Positions 48,557 through 58,592 of a DNA stretch of 64,000 bases are shown piece after piece; the stretch's first letter is position 1; each line of letters begins with the position of its first letter. Both the position numbers and the translations under genes were made by a program. Below the pieces are notes generated by a model that was not told the origin of the DNA, searched no databases, and saw nothing but the letters and a program-made list of their open reading frames with translations. The stretch comes from a virus. Where the stretch lies: positions 95,935 through 159,934 of IMG/VR virus record IMGVR_UViG_3300009512_000010. One strand, given 5' to 3'.

Positions 48557-49316
48557 TGGTTGTAGTTGGACATCTCCATACAGACCCAAATACGATAGAG
48601 GTGGAACAAGTTATGACTTTGTTAAATGGCCTGACCATCTGAGAAACATGATAGACTGTGATGCCGAAGTAATCAATTTTGGTCGGAGTGGTATGGGTAA
48701 TGAATTTATATACACAACTCTAAAGGATACTATATTAGAAATTGATCCAAAGGATATATTGTTAGTCGTAGCCGCATGGAGTGGATGTAGGCGTGAAGAT
48801 TGGATTACACATGATCCAAGCCTAAGAGACAAACAATGGCAAAGTGTCATACCAAGGCACGAAGGGTACACAAGATACTCTAAGGATCTCGACTTTATGG
48901 TTGCAAAATCTAACAATTGGAGATGGTCTCTGGGGAGTTTATGTAAACAATTGGGTGTTAGACTTGTAGACTTTAATATGCTTTGTGCTTCTAGTGAAGA
49001 AAGTCATGGAAAAGATCCAATGTTTGACCTAATTGACCCACGACAGTCACTATCGCAACAAAAAGCAGAAAGATTAGGGCTTCCATCTACAACATCAGTA
49101 GGAGAACTGCTCTTTTGCAATAGGGAAGCAATTTATAATTATTATTGGGGCAGAGCTAAACGATTAACTTCATACAATGCTCTTCCAGAAGTTCAGTATG
49201 AGGTATGCATTGATCCGAAATATAGAATAGAAATTGACGACTCTCACCCAAACGCCCAAGGGCACAAACAGATAGCAGAATGGATATATGATGAAATACA
49301 ACGGTTGGGACATTGA
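48534..49316 (+). CDS. SGNH/GDSL-hydrolase-like protein
   Basis: VSGCSWT, INFGRSGMGN, DSHPNAQGH. Confidence 0.65.
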   Translation: MMKYIVVSGCSWTSPYRPKYDRGGTSYDFVKWPDHLRNMIDCDAEVINFGRSGMGNEFIYTTLKDTILEIDPKDILLVVAAWSGCRREDWITHDPSLRDKQWQSVIPRHEGYTRYSKDLDFMVAKSNNWRWSLGSLCKQLGVRLVDFNMLCASSEESHGKDPMFDLIDPRQSLSQQKAERLGLPSTTSVGELLFCNREAIYNYYWGRAKRLTSYNALPEVQYEVCIDPKYRIEIDDSHPNAQGHKQIAEWIYDEIQRLGH

Positions 49317-50364
49317 ATACTTAGAGAGCATTGACGATTATACGGCAGTGTTTGATTTGATGATGGCTAAGGATCCCGAAGGACAGACTGAGAACCTTGA
49401 GAATGCCATTGCTGAATATACTGGTAGAAAGCATTGTGTCAGTATGGCAAATGCAACGGACGCTCTTAGGTTTTCCCTTATGGGAATTTGGGAAGGTGAT
49501 GAGGTACTTGTCACAGACTTCTCTTGGATCTCTACATCCTCTTGCATCTCACACGTAGGAGCAACACCTGTCTTCTGTGACATCGATCCAGATAGCTACC
49601 ACATATCCATTGAAAGCATTAAACGGATGAAATCGGATAAGACCAAGGCTCTTATCTACACACATCTCTATGGTAACATGACAGACACTACTGAGATCGA
49701 AAATTGGTGTGATAGTAACGGCATTCGTTTCATTGAGGATAGTGCTCAATCATTTGGATCTTCTTTGAATGGACGCAAAGCAGGTACTATCGGACATGTT
49801 AGCTCATATAGCTTTAACGCCAATAAGGTTATTGCTGGGCTGTGTGGCGGTGGTGTGTTGATGACTGATGACGATGCTCTAGGCGATTATGCTAAACTGA
49901 TGAGACGCCATGGTAAGAACAAAGACTTCTCTATGTTGGGTTACAACTCTAAGATGTACACAGGCAATGCTGATGTCATTCTTATGCGTATGAGAAGCAT
50001 GGAGACATGGCAGAAAAGGCGTAATGAGATTGCTTGGATCTACCACGAGATGTTGAGTGATGAATTCCGTTGCCAAATTGTATCCGAAGGACTTGAGCAC
50101 AACTTCCATAAATATGTCATTGGCTTTGAAAGTAAGGATGAGCGTAAACGAGTAAAGAATGCAGTTAAGGCTCAGGGGCAAAACTTGTCCATTCACTACG
50201 AGAATACTCTATCTAACAATTCGCTATATAGTAACATAGAGTATAGAAAAGATGACTGCCACAACGCACAACATGCGGCAGACACTGTAATGTCATTGCC
50301 TATTCATGCATGGCTAATGGACGAAGAAGTAGAACGCTTATGCAATATGATACTGATGAGTTAA
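49288..50364 (+). CDS. DegT/DnrJ/EryC1/StrS PLP-dependent sugar aminotransferase
   Basis: GDEVLV..FSWIST, GATPVFCDI, IEDSAQSFG, SYSFNANKVI...GGG, GYNSKM, SLPIH. Confidence 0.93.
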   Translation: MMKYNGWDIEYLESIDDYTAVFDLMMAKDPEGQTENLENAIAEYTGRKHCVSMANATDALRFSLMGIWEGDEVLVTDFSWISTSSCISHVGATPVFCDIDPDSYHISIESIKRMKSDKTKALIYTHLYGNMTDTTEIENWCDSNGIRFIEDSAQSFGSSLNGRKAGTIGHVSSYSFNANKVIAGLCGGGVLMTDDDALGDYAKLMRRHGKNKDFSMLGYNSKMYTGNADVILMRMRSMETWQKRRNEIAWIYHEMLSDEFRCQIVSEGLEHNFHKYVIGFESKDERKRVKNAVKAQGQNLSIHYENTLSNNSLYSNIEYRKDDCHNAQHAADTVMSLPIHAWLMDEEVERLCNMILMS

Positions 50365-50714
50365 ACTTAATTTGGGATAAAGACCTGTCTACGTTTTGTC
50401 TACTCGATTCCAATTACAACATGATACAAATGGATCTTGAAAAGGAAAACGTTCTGCACAAACTAATATCCAATCTAGTACAAGATGATATTATCGATCA
50501 CAGTCTTATAGGCGATGAGGTGGATGACATATACCTATTTCTAATAGAGAAGATATATGCGACAACCAACCCAACGAACCATAGTATATATAAATTTAGT
50601 AAGACTTTAAATCAAAAAACTAAGATGAAAATCATCACGGCATTCAATGTGTTTCTCAATGGTGTCATGCAAACCAAAACGAACTCAAGGATAGTGGCAC
50701 AATATGAGACCTGA
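50340..50714 (+). CDS. Hypothetical protein
   Basis: Fills the gap in the operon; likely start MQYDTD (the track gives 50310). Confidence 0.55.
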   Translation: MQYDTDELNLIWDKDLSTFCLLDSNYNMIQMDLEKENVLHKLISNLVQDDIIDHSLIGDEVDDIYLFLIEKIYATTNPTNHSIYKFSKTLNQKTKMKIITAFNVFLNGVMQTKTNSRIVAQYET

Positions 50715-51384
50715 TCAGCACAGTATGTTTTCTAGAAAGAAGATGAATTTAGACATTACTCATAGGTGCCCCCTTGAGTGTCTTTGTTGTCAACGGTGGA
50801 GTTCATTTATCCGCCATGGAATAAAAGTTCCTGGCGAAGACATTTCGCTTGATAACTTTAAGAAGTTAGCTGATCACTTCCTACATCTGAACTTCTGTGG
50901 ACAGGTATCTGATCCAGTACATCACCCTAAATTTATTGAGATCCTTGAACATACTGCCGTTATGAAACGTAGTGTGAGTGTTCATCACGCATCGGGAGCA
51001 AAGCCTGAGAAATGGTATCCAAAGGCATTTGCCGCTAATCCCAAAGCTAGGTGGATATTTGGTATTGATGGATTGCCAGAAGAGAGTAATATGTATCGGA
51101 TCAATCAAGACGGTGAAAAGATATATAGGATGATGGAAGTTGCTAGAGGTATCTTGGTATCAAAACCAGTATGGCAGTACATCGTATTCAGTTATAACGA
51201 GAACCACATACAGGATGCTTTAAAAATGGCAAAGGCTATTGATGTAGAGTTTATGACTCTCATATCTTCACGGTGGAGAAGTCATGATGATCCGTTAAAG
51301 CCTAAGAACTCTGCTATGAGATTAGATTTGTATAGCGAAGACGTTAACAAAAAGAATGATAGGATTGTGAAAAATGAAAAATAA
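50704..51384 (+). CDS. Radical SAM core protein
   Basis: LDITHRCPLECLCCQR, FCGQVSDP, FGIDGL...YRIN, WQYIVFSYNE. Confidence 0.85.
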   Translation: MRPDQHSMFSRKKMNLDITHRCPLECLCCQRWSSFIRHGIKVPGEDISLDNFKKLADHFLHLNFCGQVSDPVHHPKFIEILEHTAVMKRSVSVHHASGAKPEKWYPKAFAANPKARWIFGIDGLPEESNMYRINQDGEKIYRMMEVARGILVSKPVWQYIVFSYNENHIQDALKMAKAIDVEFMTLISSRWRSHDDPLKPKNSAMRLDLYSEDVNKKNDRIVKNEK

Positions 51385-51730
51385 AGATAATGTTGAAATA
51401 GATCCTAAGTGTATGAATGGTAAGCAAGAGGCTTTTGGCTTAACCAATAGGGGAGAAGTCATTCCATGCTGTTGGGCTGATACCGATAGAGTGAGGAGAG
51501 ATCCTGTCTATAAGAATCTAGTGGCTGTTTCTAACATTAATGATTACGATAGTGTTGAAGAAATCTTCCTACAAGACGAGTGGATTGAATTTGCAGAGAA
51601 CTTAGAAAAAGGCGATAATGTCTTTGATGTGTGTTATACTATATGTAAAAAGAGAGAATCTCCACAACATAAAGCAGAGTTGTTTATAGATACCGAAACT
51701 GGGGAAGTGAAAAAGGGTAAACACACCTAA
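51374..51730 (+). CDS. Stand-alone SPASM/twitch-like Fe-S domain
   Basis: PKC...GEVIPCCW...VCYTIC. Confidence 0.7.
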   Translation: MKNKDNVEIDPKCMNGKQEAFGLTNRGEVIPCCWADTDRVRRDPVYKNLVAVSNINDYDSVEEIFLQDEWIEFAENLEKGDNVFDVCYTICKKRESPQHKAELFIDTETGEVKKGKHT

Positions 51731-52563
51731 TGAAATTAGGCACAAAGCATCTGTATGGTAGTAACTACAAGTCTGTGGATTTCTACCTAAGTAAGTCGTG
51801 TAACAAATCGTGCCATTATTGCACGGCGTGGACACTACAGATGCGCAATCTTCATGTTGATATGGAGTTCCTGAGAACATGTTTAGATGGCCTTGCTCCG
51901 TTTCCCACTAAGATAAATCTGTTGGGTGGTGAGCCCGGACTTATTAAGAACCTTGACGAAGTCATTGCAGAAATCCGTAAGTATCCTAACTTCATAATAT
52001 CAGTTCTATCAAACTCTTTAATTAGAAAGTTCTATCCACACATTCTTGAGGATCCAGATATCATTTACATGGAGCATCTAGTATTGGACTTTCATGAAGA
52101 TAGAATTGAAAAGCTAGGTAACTATCCTTTTATTCAGCCTAATGAATGCAACAACTACAATCTCGTAATTCAAACTCCCAACTACTTCAAGTATAGAGAG
52201 AACCACGATTTAACAGAGATTGATCACGCATCAACTATATTAAAACCGTTCAATTCAAGATCCCCCGACTATGATGCGACATCACAAGCCGCCGTTGAAG
52301 ACAGGAAGATGTGTTCTATGTTCCCATCAGTCCCTGTGATTGACTTTGAGATAAAGAAGATACGACACTGTAGTAAGAAGTTCATTAATGGGTCTAGGCA
52401 CTTTGATGTGACCGAGGATAACTTGCATAAGATGATGACGTTTAAGTTGTTTAAGTATGAAAAGTATTGCGTTAATTGTACCGAGCATTTGGGGGCAACA
52501 GGACATTATAGGGCAGTCAAGGTATTAGAAATGTTAAACGAATATGAGATGAGGAATGTATAA
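51730..52563 (+). CDS. Radical SAM protein
   Basis: CNKSCHYC, LLGGEPG, MC...HCS...YCVNC. Confidence 0.87.
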   Translation: MKLGTKHLYGSNYKSVDFYLSKSCNKSCHYCTAWTLQMRNLHVDMEFLRTCLDGLAPFPTKINLLGGEPGLIKNLDEVIAEIRKYPNFIISVLSNSLIRKFYPHILEDPDIIYMEHLVLDFHEDRIEKLGNYPFIQPNECNNYNLVIQTPNYFKYRENHDLTEIDHASTILKPFNSRSPDYDATSQAAVEDRKMCSMFPSVPVIDFEIKKIRHCSKKFINGSRHFDVTEDNLHKMMTFKLFKYEKYCVNCTEHLGATGHYRAVKVLEMLNEYEMRNV

Positions 52564-53233
52564 GTCCCATGGCCTTAGCGTATTCTTAGACATATCGACA
52601 TACTGCAATGCCGCCTGTCCTCAGTGTCATAGAACTGATCCTAACGGTCTAGGGAAAGTAAATTGGTTGCCTCTGATTCAATGGAATCTTGAAACCTTTA
52701 AGAAGGCTTATAATTTAGATAAACCTAGAGTTCGATATCACTCCTTTGAGTTCTGTGGAACTTGGGGCGATCCTGTAATGAATAGAGAACTGTTGGGCAT
52801 GGTACAATATATTATTGACAACAGCAATGCCACCATTAGCATAGACACTAACGGAAGTATAAGAGATGAAGAATGGTGGTGGAATTTAGGAATAATTGGT
52901 GGCAGAAGGCTACACGCAACCTTTGCTGTTGATGGCATAGACCAGAAGATGCATTCTCACTATAGAAGAAATACTGACCTTAAAAAGGTATTAGCTAATA
53001 TGGAATCTATATCACAAACACGATCTAAACCTAGAGTACGTACAATCGTATTTAAACACAACGAAGACTACCTTGAACAAATAGAAGAGTTGGTGCGTTC
53101 TCATGGAGCAAGCACAATTGAGTTTACTCCTTCGGATCGATGGGAAAAGGGCGCAGTATTTAACTTTACAGATGAATTGGGTAATGCTCAAAAGTTAGAA
53201 CAAAGTAGGATACTTGATGGTTATAAAGTGTAA
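52556..53233 (+). CDS. Radical SAM core protein
   Basis: LDISTYCNAACPQCHR, FCGTWGDP, TNGS, FAVDGI...YRRNT, IVFKHNE. Confidence 0.87.
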   Translation: MYKSHGLSVFLDISTYCNAACPQCHRTDPNGLGKVNWLPLIQWNLETFKKAYNLDKPRVRYHSFEFCGTWGDPVMNRELLGMVQYIIDNSNATISIDTNGSIRDEEWWWNLGIIGGRRLHATFAVDGIDQKMHSHYRRNTDLKKVLANMESISQTRSKPRVRTIVFKHNEDYLEQIEELVRSHGASTIEFTPSDRWEKGAVFNFTDELGNAQKLEQSRILDGYKV

Positions 53234-53507
53234 GTGGTTAGAGGATAATAGAATACTTGTTAATCCAGATGGTCAAGTATTACCTTGTTGTTACCTTGCC
53301 AACAAAGATTGGCAACTAAAGCAAAAGGATAGAACCAACAACGAGGTGGTTATGCAAGAATATAATGATAACAAAGAAAAGTACAATATACATACCAATG
53401 ATATGAAAGATATCATTAATGGAGAATGGTTTACTAAAACCTTACCAGATTCATGGAAAGATGAAACCAAAACCATATCTCAATGTAAAATATGGTGTGG
53501 GGAATAG
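53214..53507 (+). CDS. Stand-alone SPASM/twitch-like Fe-S domain
   Basis: IKCKW...VNPDGQVLPCCY...QCKIWC. Confidence 0.7.
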   Translation: MMVIKCKWLEDNRILVNPDGQVLPCCYLANKDWQLKQKDRTNNEVVMQEYNDNKEKYNIHTNDMKDIINGEWFTKTLPDSWKDETKTISQCKIWCGE

Positions 53508-53508
53508 A

Positions 53509-54051
53509 ATGCGTAAGAACTTATTGGTAAGTGGGTGTAGTTTTACTAATCACGACCCTGAGAGTGATGGTATAAATAGTCGTTGGTATCATTACATTGC
53601 CGATAAGTTGGATATGGATACCATAAACTTAGCACGTAATGGTTCTGGAAATGAACACATCTTCTCTAGCATATATGATTACCTTGCATCTGATGCCGTG
53701 AAGCCAGATATGATAATTGCCGCATGGTCTAAGTCCCAAAGGAGAGATTATCAAAATCATGGAAGATGGATGAACGATAGAGTGGATCTTCGTGGAGATA
53801 TCTCATATCATTTAAAAAGAACCGCTAGATATAAGCGTATGTTAGAGCTATTATGTAATCATTATGGTATAAGATATATATCGCTTCAAATGCTTGAATT
53901 GCTACATAAGGAAGAGCTTGGGGCAAGAATATCCGTGCAAGACAAAGTGCTTAGATGGAATACTAGTGATATGATAAGCAAGACTGATCACCATCCGTCT
54001 GAAATTGGTCATGAAAAAATAGGAAAATACGTCTATGAAAACTATCTTTAG
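53509..54051 (+). CDS. SGNH/GDSL-hydrolase-like protein
   Basis: VSGCSFT, INLARNGSGN, DHHPSEIGH; start MRKNLL at 53509. Confidence 0.65.
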   Translation: MRKNLLVSGCSFTNHDPESDGINSRWYHYIADKLDMDTINLARNGSGNEHIFSSIYDYLASDAVKPDMIIAAWSKSQRRDYQNHGRWMNDRVDLRGDISYHLKRTARYKRMLELLCNHYGIRYISLQMLELLHKEELGARISVQDKVLRWNTSDMISKTDHHPSEIGHEKIGKYVYENYL

Positions 54052-55546
54052 TGCATCTTATGGTCCTCACGATCACAATACGTATGATGGTGTGTGGCAC
54101 AATCAAGTAGAAAGATATAGTAGATTAAAGCACAATGTGCCTTGGCATTTCGATTCATACCCTCATCACACCACCGCAGATAAGATGAATCAAAACGATA
54201 ACAGTGCTGGGCAGAAGTTCTATGATGAGACATACAAACCTGATGAGCATGAGGTATTTGCTTTCACAACAACTATAGGTGGGTTGAAGCAGATTGATAA
54301 TGCCGCATTCCCTCAAAAGTTCTTAGACTTTACACCCACCAACCTGTGGGACTATTCTATGGAAGGTAATCAATATTACATTGATCATCACCAATCTCAT
54401 GCGGCATATGCATTTCTTCAATCTGGTTACAAAGAGAGTGATATCCTTGCTATTGATGGTAGGGGGTGGAAGTTCAATTGCATCTTCGTGAATAAGAACG
54501 GTGACATAACAGATCTGTCTGATGATATGAATATGGGAATCCTTTGGAACCATTTCGCAAAAGAATTAGGATTTGGTAATCTAGGTGCAAGCAAACTTAT
54601 GGGGTTAGCCGCTTATGGCGAATACTGTCATGAGATACATATGCATTTAGAAAGATATTGGGAATTCGGTAAGTTACCCGATAGCCGAATGTCTTGGGGA
54701 AAACTAAGATCACTACATCAACTTAGGCCAGAAAACATCGCCAAAACACTTCAAGTAGCAACTGAAGAACGTGTTAGAGACTATGTACTTGCTTTGAAAA
54801 CAAGTGATAACTTATGTGTATCTGGTGGAGTTGCATACAATGGCTACATGAATGAGATGCTAACCAAGACTTGGGATAACGTATATGTGCCACCTGCTCC
54901 TGGAGATGAAGGTCAGTCGATTGGTACTTACATGCATGCAGACTATATTCTAAACGATAATGTACATATACCAAGTGTATATTCTGGTGAAGATTATGAC
55001 TATGTTGGTGAAGAGAAAGTTAATATTAAAGAGGTAGCACAGGCTATAGCTGATGGTAAGATTGTTGGTTGGTTCCAAGGTAAGTCTGAGAGTGGTCATA
55101 GGGCATTGGGTAATCGCAGTATCCTTGCAGATCCACGAAACCCTGAGATCAAATCTATTATTAACAACACCATTAAGAATCGTGAAGACTTTAGACCATT
55201 TGCACCGTCTGTCCTTGTAGAGCATTACCAAGAATATTTTGATACTAATCAGCCTAGTCCGTACATGGCAAGGATCTGTCCTGTCAAATCTGATAAGGTT
55301 CCTGGTATTACACATCTAGATAACACTGCCAGAATACAAACTGTTAGTAAGGAAGACAACCCTAAGTATCATGAGTTGATTAGCGAATTCTACAAGATCA
55401 CTGGCATTCCTATGGTACTTAACACTAGCTTCAACTGTCAAGAGCCTATTGTAGAGACTCCTAAAGAAGCTCTATATACTTTTAATAAAACAAAAATGGA
55501 TATGGTGGTAATCAATGATTATATCGTGCGTAAAGTGGGGCGATAA
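54035..55546 (+). CDS. Carbamoyltransferase (NodU/CmcH/TobZ family)
   Basis: HHQSHAA, AIDGRG, KLMGLAAYG, SGGVAYNG, PAPGDEGQSIG, GWFQGKSESGHRALGNRSILADPR, REDFRPFAP, LNTSFN. Confidence 0.95.
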   Translation: MKTIFSASYGPHDHNTYDGVWHNQVERYSRLKHNVPWHFDSYPHHTTADKMNQNDNSAGQKFYDETYKPDEHEVFAFTTTIGGLKQIDNAAFPQKFLDFTPTNLWDYSMEGNQYYIDHHQSHAAYAFLQSGYKESDILAIDGRGWKFNCIFVNKNGDITDLSDDMNMGILWNHFAKELGFGNLGASKLMGLAAYGEYCHEIHMHLERYWEFGKLPDSRMSWGKLRSLHQLRPENIAKTLQVATEERVRDYVLALKTSDNLCVSGGVAYNGYMNEMLTKTWDNVYVPPAPGDEGQSIGTYMHADYILNDNVHIPSVYSGEDYDYVGEEKVNIKEVAQAIADGKIVGWFQGKSESGHRALGNRSILADPRNPEIKSIINNTIKNREDFRPFAPSVLVEHYQEYFDTNQPSPYMARICPVKSDKVPGITHLDNTARIQTVSKEDNPKYHELISEFYKITGIPMVLNTSFNCQEPIVETPKEALYTFNKTKMDMVVINDYIVRKVGR

Positions 55547-56255
55547 GTTTAGTCACGAGCATGTGAATAGACTATACAAGATGGTATGTAAGAACTTCCA
55601 TGAGGAGTTCACATTCGTGTGTCATACCGAAGATCCTACAAACATTCATCCCGACATTAAGATCATTCCTCTTGACTTGTCATTAGATCTTGAGGTGTGG
55701 TGGTGGAAGCTTGTCTTGTTCCAACAACCGACTGATGAAGTCAATATGTTCTTTGATCTCGACAATGTAATCCAAGGCGATATAACACACTACAAAGATT
55801 ACGTTGAAAAAGATAAACTAATGATGATCAAGGCGTATTGGAAACCTTGGTTGGAAGATATTGAGCCTATTGCTAAGAAGGGTTTCGACATGAATCTAAA
55901 CTCATCTGTCTTAGTTTGGAGCGGAGATCTTACTGAAATATGGAATACGTTTCACGCAGATATCGAATTCTATCTACTGAAATATAGAGGAATTGATTCG
56001 TATCTTAATTTCGATCATGGGGAAAAATTAACTTTCTTCCCAAGGGGAGAGATCTACTCAAGAGCATATGGTATAGATGAGAATGATTATTGGTACACAT
56101 ATGGTACTCCTGGCCCTGAGAAGTTGTACTACAGTGAAGACCATACGATATGTATCTTTAATGGGTGGAGACGAAAGCGTTGGAGCGATAAGGCTGAAAA
56201 CGATTATATATTAGACAATGAGGGTTACAATGGTTTCGAACATTACTGGAATTAA
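55515..56255 (+). CDS. Glycosyltransferase-like protein (GT-A, DxD)
   Basis: CVKWGDKF...VNRLYKMV, WWWKLVLF, FFDLDNVI, NSSVLVW. Confidence 0.7.
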   Translation: MIISCVKWGDKFSHEHVNRLYKMVCKNFHEEFTFVCHTEDPTNIHPDIKIIPLDLSLDLEVWWWKLVLFQQPTDEVNMFFDLDNVIQGDITHYKDYVEKDKLMMIKAYWKPWLEDIEPIAKKGFDMNLNSSVLVWSGDLTEIWNTFHADIEFYLLKYRGIDSYLNFDHGEKLTFFPRGEIYSRAYGIDENDYWYTYGTPGPEKLYYSEDHTICIFNGWRRKRWSDKAENDYILDNEGYNGFEHYWN

Positions 56256-57006
56256 TAGACATGCTTGGCATAGTATATGGAAGCTGAACGATGTTGTAGA
56301 TGATTTGGGCAAATCTATTCATGCCGTGAGAGATCTATTGCAACCTCATATGAGACCAGAACAGTTTAAAGCACTGATGTTTGCTATCAATAGGGACTAT
56401 GATATTCCTCACTTTTGGGACAGCATGTCACCCAATCAGAGTGTCAGCAAAACGTGGCTTAAAGAAGAGTTGAGTAAAGTTTCCGAATTCAAACAAGGGG
56501 GGAAATTGAAAGATGGCACATATCCAGTTGGAAAGAAAAGAATTCAATTAGTGGGTGGATGGTTTGGATTTCCATTAACCAACATTCTTCTGGATATCTT
56601 TAAAGGCGATCTGGACTTTATAGAAAATATCGACCTTGACGAAAATGCGATATCAGTATTTCATCAGATTGCTAACGAAAAGAAGCTAGATAAAGATGTT
56701 CGACTAATTGGCACTTGTGCAAATTTCTTGGATAATAATCCTAGATCTAATAGCATTGATGTCCTAATCAATACATCATCCGAACATATGCCACCACTAC
56801 CTCAACTGTTTAAGGATAAGAACCCAAAGCCAACATGTTTATATGTGCTACAAAGTAACAACATGACGCACCTTGAGGAGCATGTCAACTGCGTAAATAG
56901 TGAAGATGAGCTTGTCGAAACTTCTGAAATAACAGAGGTTGTATATAAAGGCAGTATGATGATGACTAATGGTTATAAAAGGTTTATGGTAATTGGCTAT
57001 CAGTAG
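56218..57006 (+). CDS. SAM-dependent methyltransferase-like protein
   Basis: LVGGWFG, NIDLD, INTSSEHM, LQSNNM...HVNCV, RFMVIG. Confidence 0.65.
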   Translation: MRVTMVSNITGINRHAWHSIWKLNDVVDDLGKSIHAVRDLLQPHMRPEQFKALMFAINRDYDIPHFWDSMSPNQSVSKTWLKEELSKVSEFKQGGKLKDGTYPVGKKRIQLVGGWFGFPLTNILLDIFKGDLDFIENIDLDENAISVFHQIANEKKLDKDVRLIGTCANFLDNNPRSNSIDVLINTSSEHMPPLPQLFKDKNPKPTCLYVLQSNNMTHLEEHVNCVNSEDELVETSEITEVVYKGSMMMTNGYKRFMVIGYQ

Positions 57007-57847
57007 AGTTATATACAGTTTCTACATTGAAATTCCCACAGAATTATTGGTATCACACCACAGCTCCAAGGAGAAGTTTGCCGATAATTACGATTGGCTA
57101 TTGACAAGTCAGAAACATTATGCTAATAAGATAGGTGTAGAGTACAAACACTTCACTAAAGACGAAGCGTTTGATACATATGCTGAATGGTTTGAGGATA
57201 ACTATCCACAGATCTCTTACTATGATATCATCAACTTTTACAAGATCCGTCTAATGATGGACTTGTCTGAAGAGTATGATGAGGTTCTTTACCTAGACAT
57301 TGATGTCATACCAATGACAGATCTAAACTTCTTTGAGGAGATAGATCTGTCTAAAGGTATTGCTGTTATGACTGGTACTGCCAATGGACAAATGCCTGTC
57401 ACCAAGCAAGCAACCCTTTCATACACACATAGTGTGAGGTCTCCTATGGCTAAGATGTGGAACAGTAAATGTCTCATATCCGACTATGGTATGGGAGTAG
57501 ATCAACCTGATGTGTTCAACACTGCGATAGTGGGGGCAAAACGAGAACATCTAAAACAACTTAAATACTTCGATGATTTTGAGGAAACTCTTGACACGAT
57601 GGAAGGTATGATATGTGATGAGTTCTATCCCGATACCATCAGTTACATGTTTGGTTATGATAACGAAACTGTATGGGGGGTTAAGACATATCTAAACGAA
57701 GTTCCTTATCAGGAGTTAGGAGAATGGCACCACCTTATGGACAAGTGGAGCTATATAACTAAAGAAGCAAAGTTTGTACATTGTATTAGTAAGGACTTTG
57801 ACTATGTGAGGCAATGGTGTGAAAAGAATAATATTCAGTTTATATAG
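56993..57847 (+). CDS. Glycosyltransferase-like protein (GT-A, DxD)
   Basis: YANKIGVEY, FYKI, YDEVLYLDIDVIP, FNTAIV, FVHCISKDF. Confidence 0.65.
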   Translation: MAISRVIYSFYIEIPTELLVSHHSSKEKFADNYDWLLTSQKHYANKIGVEYKHFTKDEAFDTYAEWFEDNYPQISYYDIINFYKIRLMMDLSEEYDEVLYLDIDVIPMTDLNFFEEIDLSKGIAVMTGTANGQMPVTKQATLSYTHSVRSPMAKMWNSKCLISDYGMGVDQPDVFNTAIVGAKREHLKQLKYFDDFEETLDTMEGMICDEFYPDTISYMFGYDNETVWGVKTYLNEVPYQELGEWHHLMDKWSYITKEAKFVHCISKDFDYVRQWCEKNNIQFI

Positions 57848-58592
57848 AAATGATCTTGATGATCATGCTTCTGTGCCCGATATCAAACGACAACAGTTCG
57901 CTAAGTATGCGGATCAGTTAGAAAATAAGCAGAGAGAATATGCAGATCTGTGTGGCGCAGACTATAAGATATTCAAACCAAACTCAACAGACTACATTGA
58001 CGTACAATTCGAAAAGCTTAACATGTTTGAGGAGTTGAGACATAAGTACGATCAAGTAATGTACCTAGATTTTGATGTCATACCGAATACTACAGTGAAC
58101 ATCTTCGATAAGTTTGATCTAAACACCATATGCGCTTTTAACATAGATGTTGCTATGGATCCAGAAATTATCAAACATAGATTTAGAGATAATTTTGCTT
58201 GGGATGCCATGGACATGTATAGCAAAGCCCTTAACAAGAAGGCCATGCTTCTCTTACACGACATATATGGAAGTGAAAGTTGCATCAACACAGGTGTTCT
58301 ATTAATGAACTCTGATTGTATTGCTAACCTAAACTTTGCAGAGAGATCTGTAGAGGCTGTACTCACATTCGATGAGTCATTAGAAGATAGCCTATATATG
58401 CCCGAAATGACTAAGAGTTGGGAATTAAACAATGAAGTCATAATATCATATATTATAGAGAAAGATAACCTACCGTTTACTAATATTGGAATGTCTTGGA
58501 ACTTCATAGTAGATCATAATGAGCAACAGATTACATCTGCCGCACACTTTCTACACTTTGTTCATAAGAAGTTTGATCTATACTTCGGGTGA
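57819..58592 (+). CDS. Glycosyltransferase-like protein, paralogue of 56993..57847
   Basis: YADLCGADY, FEKL, YDQVMYLDFDVIP, INTGVL, FLHFVHKKF. Confidence 0.65.
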   Translation: MKRIIFSLYRNDLDDHASVPDIKRQQFAKYADQLENKQREYADLCGADYKIFKPNSTDYIDVQFEKLNMFEELRHKYDQVMYLDFDVIPNTTVNIFDKFDLNTICAFNIDVAMDPEIIKHRFRDNFAWDAMDMYSKALNKKAMLLLHDIYGSESCINTGVLLMNSDCIANLNFAERSVEAVLTFDESLEDSLYMPEMTKSWELNNEVIISYIIEKDNLPFTNIGMSWNFIVDHNEQQITSAAHFLHFVHKKFDLYFG

